Part shown: one piece after another, positions 24,268 to 36,427 of the stretch
Position numbering within the stretch: the stretch's first letter is position 1
Layout: each line of letters opens with the position of its first letter
Source of the DNA: Spirogloea muscicola
Lineage: Eukaryota
NCBI GenBank assembly: GCA_009602725.1
Contig: WELB01000032.1
Coordinates: 166,762 to 230,761, forward strand
Direction of reading: 5' to 3'
DNA length: 64,000 nt
Position numbers and translations under genes: made by a program
The notes under the pieces: model-generated
The model's input: only the letters and a program-made list of their open reading frames with translations
Database searches by the model: none
What the model was told of the DNA's origin: nothing

Positions 24268-27200
24268 CGCCGCCGACGGCACCGGCGCGCGCGTCTTCGT
24301 GGCCTTCGCCGACGCCGCCGCCGCGGCCGCGGCGCAGGCCGCCCTGCACGGCCAGCCCTCATTCATGGGCCGCCCGCTGCACGTTGAGCTCGCGTACCCC
24401 GTCCCGCCTCACGAGGTGCGGGCCCGTCAAGGTTGAGACGCAAAGCGTCGCCTGAACCCCTGAACCTTGGACCCTAAATCTCAAGTGCTGAACCCTAAAC
24501 CCTAAGTCCTAAACCAATGCGCGATCCGAGGCGCTACTTCGCCTGCTGCAGCTGGCTGACAGGATATGTCGCCAAGTGCAGGCACCGCCACCCACCCGCC
24601 CAGTCGCAGTGACTGGCGAGGAGGTCGACATCCCAGGCCTGCGCTTGCTGCCGGACTTCGTGACGCTCCGAGAGGAGCAGGTGCGTGACCTCGCCGTTAC
24701 CAGGAGGGCGTCCACTCTCCGCCTGCCCTTGGCAGCAGGGCGGTTTCTGCCAGCCGACGATCTGGAGCCCGGCTGGCAAACGCGTTCGCCTGTCCGTCTG
24801 CATGCGCAAGGCCGTCGGTCTGCACGAGCTTTGATATATTTACTGGGTCAACCTGAACGAGGCGCACACATCACATAAGGGCGCGCTGCTATAGGAGTCG
24901 GGCAGATGTTTGCACGCTGCGCCCACGGTGACACATTAGCTTGGTACCTGCCGACCCCCTTGCAGCAGGATAGATGGTCTTTGACTGATGCATGAGCTGC
25001 GCCCGATCCCAGGAGTTGCTTGCGGCTCTGGACACAGCCACCTGGCACAACCTCGCCAAGCGCCGCGTGCAGCACTATGGCTTTGAGTTTCGCTACAAGG
25101 TAAAGCAGCATACAACAACAGCCCTTGTGCCAGCAATTGCTCAGATTCAGGAAATGTGAGATTAAGGCACAGGCTACATGATGCCTGTCAAGTGTGTACC
25201 CAAATCTGTACAGCCAGATCCCTCCTCTTCTTCTTCCTCATCATGCAGGGCACTTGAAGTGTCGAACACCCGACACTTCAAGTGCATGAGCTTGGAGAAA
25301 TATCTTCATGCTTGTCACTGTTGCAGTACGCAGACTCGCGACGTCGACAAGGAGCAGCCTCTTGGTGCGCTACCCTCCTTTGCAGCAAGCCTGCTGCAAA
25401 AGATTGAGAGCCTGCCCGCAGGCACCCTCGGCGATGAGTCCTCTCTGCCATACGATCAGCTCACGGTAAGAGCATCTACCTTGGCCATGCCCCGCTCAGC
25501 TTGTGTATACGGCATTGAAGCAATTGCAACTTCCTACTGGCTCTGTAGGTGTCATGTGCTCGCTTGGCGTGTGTTCCTGAGGCTGTTTGGTGTTTGAGTG
25601 TGAGGAGGTCTGAATTCATGTTGTGAGGGCTACATCCAGGTTCTTGTGCGCTTAATCAAAAGCTGACAAACTTGAAGTAGTGTGCAGGTCAATGAGTACA
25701 CTCGAGGCACTGGGATAGCTCCACATGTTGACACGCACTCAGCATTCGAGGGTGCCATACTGTCGCTGTCCCTGGCTGGGCCCTGTGTCATGGAGTTTCG
25801 CCAATATGCCAACTGCAGGTCTAGGATCTCGTTTCCGGCAGAGACCTGCCACTTGGACTCCTGTGCCACTCTCAGTGGAGAACAAATACATCAGGGCTCC
25901 TGGGAGGATGTTCCCAATGGTGGGGCTTTGAGCTACTCGCTCAGTGGCGAGGCTGAAGACGGGAGGAGCTGTTGGCTCGCTGATCAAGAGCCTGTTGAGG
26001 CCACCTTAGCGGAGCACCGTGCCCTCTACCTCCCGCCTCGTTCCCTCCTCGTCCTTGCCGGGCAGGCGAGATACGCGTGGCATCACTACATCCCCCACCG
26101 AAAGGTGTTCATGCACACACACACACTCCTTACAGCATGCCAAGGTCTGGGGTTGCGATCAGGGATCAGTTTCGGGGTTCAGATTGTTGGGTTTGGGTTT
26201 TGTGTGCAGTTGGAACCAGTGTGCAGTGTCAATGCAGGCCTGCTATCTGACCTGCTTTGCTCGAAGTTGCCACAATTGCACAGAATTATTGCCCAGTCAC
26301 TTGGCAACAACGCAATGAGATAACAGCCTATGCTGGCTCAATTGTACTGTGGTACGCAGATTGACATAGTGCATGGCAATCCCCTACGGCGAGGTGACCG
26401 CAGAGTGTCCCTGACCTTTCGCAAGGTGTGCTTGGACTCACTTGATTGACCTTTGCTGTTTACTAGCAACGATGTTGAGCTCGGCATGCATTTCGGGTCG
26501 GTAACCTCCTCTTCAAGCCATTGTGCATTCCCTCTCCTTGTGCTTGACATCTCAACTTTGAGAGGTATAAGAATTGCTTTGAAAACTGTATGCATCAGGT
26601 ACGCCGTAGCCCTTGCCGGTGCCCTTACGGAGCCCTCTGTGACAGAGAAACTGAAGTTGCATCCCTGGAACCTGGGCTGATCAGTCACAAGGAGGCCGAC
26701 TCCACGAAATTGAGCTTGTCCACAGGCAACACTACACCCAAAAGTTACCAACCACAGCTCTTGGAAGTTAATATGGATGGCCCTAGGGCAAAGCCCATCG
26801 TTGCACCAAAGACCTCCTTGCAGGTCGTGGAGCTTGAAGGCAGGGAGTCTAGGTCCACGCCAGCAATTGAGCGAAGGTATGTACATCAGGTTTACGACGC
26901 CATCGCTCCACATTTCAGTGCAACAAGGTTCGCCAAGTGGCCCAAGGTGGCATCATTCCTACACGCACTGCCGACCGGCAGCTTGGTCGCAGATGTCGGC
27001 TGCGGCAATGGCAAGTACCTGGGCCTCAGCCCCTCGTGCTTCTTCATTGGATGTGACATTAGCCTCCCACTACTCAGCATTTGCGCCAAGCATGGCGCCG
27101 AGGTCCTCGTGAGCGATGCAGTACGGATGCCTTACCGGGCGGCCTTCTTCGAAGCAGCTATCGCCATTGCTGTTCTCCACCACCTTAGCTCAGAGCAACG

Positions 27201-27883
27201 CCGGCGGCTAGCCATTGAGGAGCTCGTCCGAATAGTGCAGCCCGGTGGCAAGGTGCTGATCACGGTCTGGGCAGCAGAGCAGGAAGACAGGTCCCTGGTG
27301 ACAAGGTGGACGCCTCTTGATGATGAGACTTGTCATATAGTTGGTGGCCTTCTCAAGGCTAGTGATGCAAGCAGCCCACAGGTACTTCTGCCAGCGATTG
27401 AAGAGGAGACAGAGAGGGGCCAGGAGGGCTGCGGCTCAGATGCATCAAGCACAGGACAGGAGTACTTTGTTCCATGGCATCTTCCTTATCACCGCGCCGA
27501 GGTGGGCGGCAGATCAGCTGACGCGGTGGCATCCAGCTTGGGCAGGAGAGACGATAAGAAGGGTGCAATTGTTTATAACCGCTACTACCATGTCTTTGTC
27601 CAAGGAGAGCTTGAGAGGTAAGTGCTCGAACTATGCTAGTGAACGGTCTGCTTTGATCCTTGCCAGCTCATATTGAGTCATTCTTTTTTTTGTTAACAGC
27701 CTGCTGAGCACCAGCTTCGATGGGTGTTTTTGATGCAGACTGGCTGCTACAATTCCAGATGCTATGTTGCTGGAGAGTTTCTTTGACAAGTCGAACTGGT
27801 GTATAATTCTTGAAAAGATTGCAGTATCACCAAACTCGTCAGAGCTTTATCTTCAGGCCCCGCAGTCGCTGCTTAGCTCGTAG
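24268..27883 (+). CDS. ALKBH8: ALKBH8/TRM9-type tRNA wobble-uridine modification enzyme (RRM + AlkB dioxygenase + Zn motif + SAM methyltransferase); start in the gap
   Basis: RRM (ARVFVAFAD..LHVELA, 24270-24415), KRRVQHYGFEF (~25060), VNEYTRGTGIAPHVD, RYAWHHYIPHRK, RVSLTFRK, CRCPYGALCD, VYDAIAPHFSATR, DVGCGNGKY and RYYHVF. The last exon (27739-27883) has FFDKSNWC. Confidence 0.94.
24454..24515 (+). repeat. Degenerate CCCTAAA telomere-like repeats in an early ALKBH8 intron
   Basis: GAACCCCT GAACCTT GGACCCTAAA ... GAACCCTAAACCCTAAGTCCTAAACC. Confidence 0.75.
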
Positions 27884-28021
27884 TTTGGCCCCTTCCAACC
27901 TTGTCAATTCTTTTCGGGCTGGCTTCTCACTGCCCTTGCCCCCATTGGGAGAGCCACTTCTTTCTATTCTTTTTCCAGCCCCTATTCTCAATGGGCGAGC
28001 CCTTCTCTCTTTTGGCAGTGG

Positions 28022-28940
28022 CTAGTTGGATCTCCTACGGCTGTTTGGCTGTCGGCTCTGCCGATCCACGACGCGCTCCGGATGCCGGACGACGCATTCC
28101 GAACGGCGGTGCACCGACTACTCGGCCTCCACCCACCATGCCTAGGTGGAGTACAACAATGCGAGTGCGGCGAGCGCAGCCCGGACGCGGCGTCACTGGC
28201 GGCTCACATGCTCCGATGCGCACGGGGAGGGGAGCGGACCGGCACACACGACCTGCTCCGGAATGCGATGTTCGGCATATTTGTCGAAGCCGGTTACACT
28301 GTGGCGCTGGAGAACTCCAGCATCATGCCTCTGACTGCTGGGGCGGACAGCCGCCTCCACACCCGGCGCGCCGATCTCGTCGCTAGCGCGCTCGGCGGGG
28401 GGCCTCGGCTCATTGTCGACGTCGTCACAACGGACTCCTTGGATTCCAGGAGCGCAACACGCTCGGCGGAGGAGGCGGGCTACGCCGTCCGCCAAGCGGC
28501 CGCCGCCAAGGAGCGCAAGTACTCGGATCACTCGGTAGGCGACGAGTTTATCCCACTCGCCGTCGACGTACACGGCGCCTTTGGCGCCAAATGGCTGGAC
28601 CTCCTTCACCGCCTTGCGCGGCGAGCAGCGGCCCGCCGCCACGGGCAGCAGGGCGAGCAGCCTGGCTTCCATGTCGCCGGGTCCCTCGCCCAAGTTTTCC
28701 GGATGCGCCTGGCCGTCTCTTTGCAGCGGTCCCTAGCTTTTGCGGTCCACTTGCGCGCAGGCCGTGCTCTGGCGGCGGCCTCCGGCTTCCGTCAGGGCGA
28801 CGTCTTTCCGCCTGCTAGCTACTCAGATTTGCATCACTGACGAGAGGTTACTGAGAGTTCGCTTACTGCTGTCTCAGTCCTTAGCAATCCGACTCCTTCA
28901 GACCTTGTCCATTCTTTTGGGCTGGCCTCTCCCAGCCACC
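28022..28940 (+). mobile_element. CRE-like element 3' portion: zinc knuckle + restriction-like endonuclease (RLE) + 3' UTR
   Basis: AVWLSALP..FRTAVHRLLGL, knuckle CECG-x10-H-x3-C, THDLLRN, RRADLV..LIVDVVT, KERKY, FIPLAVDVHGAFG. A 1-nt deletion near 28836 truncates the usual LLTRGY* end, which is intact in the duplicate at 29498-29720. Confidence 0.85.
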
Positions 28941-29235
28941 AGGTAATCTGGCCGCGCTAGCTTGATCTCCTGGGCAGCTTTCTCGTCCTTTGTTCATTCT
29001 TTTCTGGGCTGGCTTTTCCAGCCCCTATTCTCAATGGGCGAGCCCTTCTCTCTAGTTTTCGGGAGAGGGGCTCGCCCATTGAGGATAGGGGCTGGAAAAA
29101 GCCAGCCCAGAAAAGAATGAACAAAGGACGAGAAGGGGCCAGGAAGTACGAAGAAGTTTTCCGGCAGCTAGTCTGTCGGATGTGAGGCTCCTCACTCGTA
29201 ACTACTAAGTGGTCCATCCTCCCCGTTCTGCCATA

Positions 29236-29497
29236 NNNNNNNNNNNNNNNNNNNNNNNNNNNNNNNNNNNNNNNNNNNNNNNNNNNNNNNNNNNNNNNNN
29301 NNNNNNNNNNNNNNNNNNNNNNNNNNNNNNNNNNNNNNNNNNNNNNNNNNNNNNNNNNNNNNNNNNNNNNNNNNNNNNNNNNNNNNNNNNNNNNNNNNNN
29401 NNNNNNNNNNNNNNNNNNNNNNNNNNNNNNNNNNNNNNNNNNNNNNNNNNNNNNNNNNNNNNNNNNNNNNNNNNNNNNNNNNNNNNNNNNNNNNNNN
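29236..29497. other. Assembly gap (N run) within the CRE cluster
   Basis: Run of n flanked by repeat copies. Confidence 1.
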
Positions 29498-32474
29498 CTG
29501 TGCAGCGGTCCCTAGCTTTTGCGGTCCACTTGCGCGCAGGCCGCGCTCTGGCGGCGGCCTCCGGCTTCCGTCAGGGCGACGTCTTTCCGCCTGCTAGCTA
29601 CTCAGACTTGCATCTACTGACGAGAGGTTACTGAGAGTTCGCTTACTGCTGTCTCAGTCCTTAGCACTCCGACTCCTTCAGACCTTGTCCATTCTTTTGG
29701 GCTGGCCTCTCCCAGCCACCAGTTAATCTGGCCGCGCTTGCTTTTTTCCAAAGCCAAAGAAAGAGGAGCTGCTTAGCTCGTACTTTGGCCCCTTCGAACC
29801 TTGTCAATTTTTTTCGGGCTGGCTTCTCACAGCCCTTGCCCCCATTGGGAGAGCCACTTCTTCCGCGCTTTGGCCGCGCTTGCTTCCTCTTCTCGATCTC
29901 CTCCAAGCGGCTCGCCCGGCAGGCCTTCTCTTTCTGACCGGCGGCCGGGTCTGCCAGGCGATGCCTTCAACGCCGCCGGTTCGCTCGCCCGAGTCTTCCG
30001 CATGCGCCTGGCGGTATCGCTTCAACGCTCCCTTGCCCACGCCGTCCACACGCGAGCAGGCCGTGCTATGGCCGCCGCCTCCGGATGTCGGCGGAGTGCC
30101 TCTTTCCGTGCAGCGAGCTACTCAGACCTGATGTTGCTCACTCTTGGGTACTGAGCTTCCCCTGCATTGTCTATGTGTTTTGCAGTGTTTTGTGGTGTAG
30201 TCCTTTTCCCGGCTCCTCTTTCTTTGGCTTTGAACATTGTCCATTCGTTTTTGGGCTGGCTTTGCCAGCCCCTCTTCTCAATGGGCGAGCACTTTCTTTC
30301 TTCTATTAGAGAGAAAGGCGCGCGGGGCGCATGAAATGAAAAGGGAGGCCAATTCAATTCTATCGAGCAGCGGCCGGGTCTGCCAGGCTTCAATGCTGCC
30401 GGCTCCCTCGCCCAGGTATTTCGCGTGAGACTGGCAATCTCGCTCCAGCGTTCGGCCGCGCTTGCTTCTCTGGCTCACGCAATCCACACGCGCGCCGGCC
30501 GCGCTATGGCTGCTGCCTCAGGGTCTTGGCGGAGCGCCGCTTTTCCAGCTTCGAGTTACTCTGACTGTTGCTCACTTGTAGATACTGAGCATCCATTTGC
30601 ATCATTTCGTGTCCTAGTGTCTAGGTTTTTGTTTTTCGGCACCGTTTTTTGTGACCTTCGGATATTGTCCATTCTTTTCTGGGCTGGCTTTGCTAGCCCC
30701 CCTTTTTGTATGGGCGAGCAATCTCTTCTGCAAGTGCAGTAGTGATGCAGAACGGAGCGGCCGCCCCTGGGCGTGCGCTTCCAGCAGGCAGCAGTTGGTT
30801 GCTTTTGTTGCTGTCCCTCGGGCCAGGAAAGCATCAGCTTTTCCTTGCGAGCGAGAGGAAGAAGTGGCTCTCCCAATGGGGGCAAGGGCTGTGAGAAGCC
30901 AGCCCGAAAAGAATTGACAAGGTTCGAAGGGGCCAAATTACGAGCTAAGCAGCGACTTCGGGGCCTGAATAGGCTGAGAGGGGGGGGGGGGGAGCGGTGT
31001 AGTGAAGAAGTGGCTCTCCCAATGGAGGCAAGGGCTGTGAAATGCCAGCCCGAAAAGAATTGACGAAGGGTCGAAGGGGCCACAATGACGGAGGGGCCTG
31101 AAAATGCTATGTCAGAACGGGTGGAGGATGGACCACTCAGTAGCTACGAGTGAGGAGCCTCAAATCCGACAGACTAGCTGCCGGAAACTATCAGGGAAAG
31201 GGCTCGCCTATTGAGGATAGGGGCTGGAAAGGCCAGCCCAATAAAGAAGGAACAAAGTACGAGAAGGGGGCCAGGGGAAGCGCTAAGAATAACAAGCACA
31301 AGAAGAAACAAAGCAGCTACGTATTACTCAGTAACCCCTGCTAAGCAGCCTCAGGTCAGAGAAGCTAGGCTCCTGGAAGTGGGTCCCCTAGCCAGAGCCA
31401 GAGGCAGCAGCGAGGGCTCTGCAGGCACGCAGGTGCAGCGCGCGGGCCATAGACCTCTGCAGCGAGACGGCCAAGCGCAAAAAAGCGCGAAACTATCCCC
31501 CTGACGAAAGCCAGAGGCTGCAGCGAGAGCACGGCCAGCACGTAGATGCAAGGCGTGGGCCGTAGAAGAAGAAGACCATGGACCGCTGGAGGGAGACTGC
31601 CAAACGCATGCGATAAACCTGGGCCCACGAGCCGTTGAAGTCAGCCGGCTCACCTCGTCTGCGGGACACAGCGCGCCGCACAAGCCTGGCCAGCAGGTCG
31701 AGCCACTGGGACCCAACTGGACCCAAGGACACAGCATCTTCAGGCCCCTTCCTAGCTGCTTAGCGCTTTTTAGGTCCCTCCATCATTTGGCCCCTTCGAA
31801 CCTTTGTCATTCTTTTTCGGACTGGCTTTTCACAGCCCTTGCCCCCATTAGGAGTGCCACTTCTTCTGACCCAAAGTGAAGGAGGAGGGCAGGGGAAGGG
31901 AGGGGGGGACAGAGTGAGGGAGAGGGTTTCGACGACGCTCCCTTCTCTTTTAAGAAGGCCTCGCCCATTGAGGATAGGGGCTGGAAAAAGAAGTGGAAAA
32001 CGCCAGTCCATAAAAGTATGAACAAAGTACGAGAAGGGGTCAGGGAAAGCACTAAGAAAAACAAGCACAAAAAGAAACTAAGCAGCTTCGACGCACTCAG
32101 TAATCCCTGCTAAGCAGCCTCAGGTCAGAGAGGGAGAGGAAGAGGGAGCAGGAAGAATGGCGCGCCCTGAGAGAAGAGGGGCTGGCCAAGCCAGCCCAAA
32201 AACAATGGGGAGAGTTGGGTGAGAGGAAGGAAGGCGAGAGAGTGAAGCTCTGCCACAAGAACTAGCGGCTTCTGCTGGTCTATGGTGGCACTCCCAGTGG
32301 GAGTGCCACTTCCCAAGAGGTCAAGCCACAAAATAACACAACAGCCCCTTCCAATTCAAGGCAGTGGCTGAGAAAGGCCAGCTCAAAAGAATAAACAAGG
32401 TCCAAAGAGCCGGAAGCCGCCTAAAGCAAAGCCCTGTGGAAGTAGATGGCACCGTAGGAAACAGCTTTCCTATA

Positions 32475-32670
<196 letters not shown>

Positions 32671-32999
32671 GCGCTTGAAAGGAAAACCACACAGCTAGAC
32701 ACTACAGACTGCAGAAGGAAGCTCAGTACGTCTCGGCGCTCTTGCCGCTGTGGCAAGGAAGCCAAGTATGCGGACCACCCAGAAGTGTTCGAGTTCACTT
32801 ATTGGCCGACACTATCCACGGCGTGTGGGGACCAGTGGCTGGACCAGGTGGACTGGCTTGCAGTCCGCACGGCGTCATGACGGCGGCAGAGCGAGCAGGC
32901 TGACTTCAACGCCGCTGGCTCGCTCTAGCCCAGGTGTATCGCATGCGCTTGTTTCGTCCCCCAGAAATGAACGGCAGCCCCCCTGAAGAACCGCGGGGG

Positions 33000-33910
33000 A
33001 AGGTCAATAAGACTATGGGCTGCCGTGCGTATTTTAGCTCCTTGGCCCAAGCGGCGCAGGCTACCGCATACCCAGCCTTGGTGGCACAATGGGCTGGGTG
33101 TGAGCGGTCATATGAGTCAGTGGTCACCACGTCCAGGAGAAGACGTGGCCCGCCGGCTGGTGGGGTGGCCACAAGGTCGACGCGACGAGCGTGGAGACCG
33201 TTGGCCCGTTGCTGGAGCGGCATGACAGCGGAGTTCTCGGCTGCCACCGAGAAGCCAGCCTTCACAAGGATGCCATGCATCGCATCCCGGAGATGGTCGT
33301 GGGCCGCTGTCCGCTCTCCGCCGTGGGAACAGCGCAGTACATGAGCGGCCAGCTCCCCCAAGCTCGGCCCCTTGCTCGCCACATTCGCACTGTTGCAAAC
33401 CCTGGAGACATAAGAGACTGGGTTCCTGGAAGTGGGTCCCCTGTTAGAAATGCGGCTGCTGATATTGAAAGAGCGGCTTTAAAAGCCAACAAGATGCATA
33501 CAGGTGTTCTTGACGGAGCCACAGGCTAGGCAGACAGGGCGCTCTTAGTAACCCCGGGTCAGCAGTAGGGCGCGTCCTTGTCCGGCATCTGCAGTGTGTG
33601 TTGTAGAGTGGAAGAGCCATGAGCCAGGACGCCGTGCGAGGGAGGACGCCAACTGCAAGCCGTGCATGTGTGCGCACGTCCGCCTCTGGGAGGAGCGGCA
33701 AATGTGGTTGCAAGCGCTACCTTGTCAAGCTCGGCCTTGTAGCGCGATAGAAAGGGCCAATGTCCAAAGAGGGCCCACCTACGTCGCTGCCGCCATGTTG
33801 GCTCAAAGTAGGGGCTTGTGCAAAGGGACGGCTCGAAGAAGCGGCAGGGAGTGAACGCAGCTGCTGAAGTAAGGTGTGAAGAAGAGTGACAGCTCTCTCA
33901 AGCGGCACAG
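33000..33910 (-). mobile_element. Second, decayed CRE-like knuckle/RLE coding fragment
   Basis: ASWLMALPLY, QQCECG, AAHVLRCSHGGERTAAHDHLRDAM, RRVDLVATPPAGGPRLLLDVVTTD, AKELKY; frameshifted. Confidence 0.82.
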
Positions 33911-34320
33911 CTCTTTCCGGCGGCTGGTCTTTCTGACTGGCCGCTGCCGAGGCTACTGATTGTCCTGCATGGTACTCGCTTGATAAGGTGTTTCAGCACT
34001 ATTTCGGCCCCTTCGGACCTTGTCAATACTTTTCGGGCTGGCTTTCCACTGGCCTCTTCCAGCCACTGCTCTCTCCTGGAAGCGTCTTTCTTTCCACAGC
34101 CCTTGCCGCCTTCGGAAGGAGTGGGCTCTGCCAAAGGAGAAGGGCTCGCCCATTGAGGATAGGGGCTAGGAAAAGCCGATCCAAAAAAGAATGAACACAG
34201 TACGAGAAGGGGCCAGGGGAACTCTAAAACGAAAAAGCACAAAGAGAAACTAAGCAGCTACGAAGCACTCAGTAACCTCCTGCTAAGCAGCCTCAGGTCA
34301 GAGAAACTTGGCTCCTGGAA

Positions 34321-34613
34321 TGCGCTTGTCCGTCTCCCTCCAGCGGTCCATGGCCCACGCCTTGCATCTGCGTGCTGGCCGTGCTCTCGCTGCGGCCTCC
34401 GGCTTTCGTCAGGGGGATAGATTACCGGCAGCTAGTCTGTCGGATGTGAGGCTCCTCACTCGTAACTACTAAGTGGTCCATCCTCCCCCGTTCTGGCATA
34501 GCCTCTTCAGGCCCCGCAGTCGCTGCTTAGCTCGTACTTTGGCCCCTTCGAACGTTGTCAATTCTTTTCGGGCTGGCTTCTCACAGCCCTTGCCCCCATT
34601 GGGAGAGCCACTT
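34321..34613 (+). mobile_element. 5'-truncated CRE-like copy with 9-bp target-site duplication
   Basis: CTCCTGGAA at 34312-34320 and 34614-34622. Removing the insert restores the antisense CRE sequence seen uninterrupted at ~31360-31400. Confidence 0.85.
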
Positions 34614-34910
34614 CTCCTGGAAGCGGGTCCCCTGGCCAGAGAGAAGGGCTCGCCCATTGAGGATAGGGGCTGGAAAAAGCCAGCCCAGAAAAGAATGTAC
34701 AAAGGACGAGAAGGGGTCAGGGGAAGTACGAAGAACAACAAGCACAGTAAACAAGCACAGCCAGAGCCTGCCACAAGGGGAGAGCCACTTCCTGTGTCGG
34801 ACAAACTTAAGTTCCTTGAGGAAAGCGTGGCGAGGAGCTCTCGGCCCGCGCCTGGCCTGCCGCCGCCCCCTCCCCCCGCCCGCCGCCGCCGCTCGCCGCG
34901 CCGCGCNGCG

Positions 34911-34941
<31 letters not shown>

Positions 34942-34944
34942 ACC

Positions 34945-36427
34945 ATGTTGGACGTGGTGCGGGTTCAGAAGGAGCTGGTGGACATCGAGCGCGATAAGCA
35001 GTCGGGCGTGAGCGTGGCCGTGGACGGCGGCGACCTCACCAGGATGCGCGGCACCATCGCCGGCCCCGAGGGCACCCCCTACGAGGGCGGCGTCTTCAAC
35101 ATCGACATCCAGCTGCCCTGTGTGCCCTTGCTACTGCTGCCTCGCCCGAGCATCAGCCTGGGTGCAGCCCGACAAGTCTGCCACGGATATGACAAGCGTG
35201 GCTGAATCCATACCAGCTTGTCATCTCGTGTTCTGTCACGTAGTGTTTGTCGAGCCTGCCAATTGCAAGCCTTGTAAGCAACGTACAGGACACACACCTG
35301 CGTGATGCCCGTCCTCTCTCGAAGTACCAGCTGTTACGGGCTGAGCCCACCGTTACAGTGCTCATGCTCTCTGAGCAGAAGTTGACCAGCCTGGGTGAAC
35401 CCGCTTGCTCTTGCAGCCGCTTACCCGTACGAGCCCCCCAAGATGAGATTTGCCACCAAAGTCTGGTGAGAACCGTGCTATCGTACAATCAAAGAAGTTG
35501 TTCGCCTCACATCCTGGCAGCAGGACGCCAGCACGGGGCCACTTCTAAAGCTTCTACTTGACTGGGTGCTTCTGTAAGCTGCTTCTGAGAACACATGCAT
35601 GACAATGACATGCTCCAAGTGCGCCTGCTTCGCAGGCATCCGAATGTCAGCAGTCAGAACGGGGCTATCTGCTTGGACATCCTCAAGGACCAGTGGAGCC
35701 CAGCTCTGACACTGAAAACGGCTCTAATGTCCTTACAAGCCCTGCTTTCGACGCCAGAACCTAGTGACCCTTTGGATGCTGTTGTTGCTCAACAGGTTTT
35801 CCCTCGTTATTCTACCCCTGCTGTTTCCTATGCATTGTGTTGTGGCATGTAGTTGACCTCATGGGGAGGCTATAAGGGAAGAGTACGGGATATGGGAGTT
35901 TGTTTGTACGGCAAAGGTGTTGTGCAAATGAAGTGATGCATAAGAATGCAAGGTGGAACCCTTCGATCATGTGTTGCTACTTCTACCGTTGTTTCTTTCT
36001 TCATCCCATCTGGATCTAGCCTCATTATGCTTACCTTATTTCTTGCAGTACTTGAAGGATTATGTGACATTTGTTGGGACTGCCAGATACTGGACAGATA
36101 ACTTTGCCACTCGGAAAGATGTTGGTCTAGCCGAAAAGGTACAAATGAGCCAGCACATTAAGAGCGAATAGACGATAGTCAGCTTCTACTTGAGCAAACT
36201 TGTGATTGTCCCCTTTTCCCTCGTGCTATTGTTGATAATGGCAAATGAGGTTGCTCATGCCAGAAGCTTTGGACAAACCTCTACCAGCCCCGCGGATATT
36301 CTCCGCATGCCAATTTCAGGTGGCGAAGCTGGTCGAGATGGGCTTCGCTGATGCTGCTGCACGGTCGGCTTTGGAAAGTTGCGGTGGAGATGAGAATGCA
36401 GCCTTGGAGAAGCTCTGCTGCTCGTGA
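34945..36427 (+). CDS. UBC27: Ubiquitin-conjugating enzyme with C-terminal UBA domain (UBC27/E2-25K type), 5 exons
   Basis: [62 protein letters not shown] (catalytic Cys), and [17 protein letters not shown]. Exons ~34945-35120, 35417-35465, 35636-35795, 36049-36138 and 36320-36427. Confidence 0.93.

Noticed and set aside
27899..28010. HDV-like ribozyme in the CRE 3' structured motif
   Set aside because: Could not map P1/P1' or the P1.1 GG after the putative P3. Retroelement HDV ribozymes are also expected at the 5' end.
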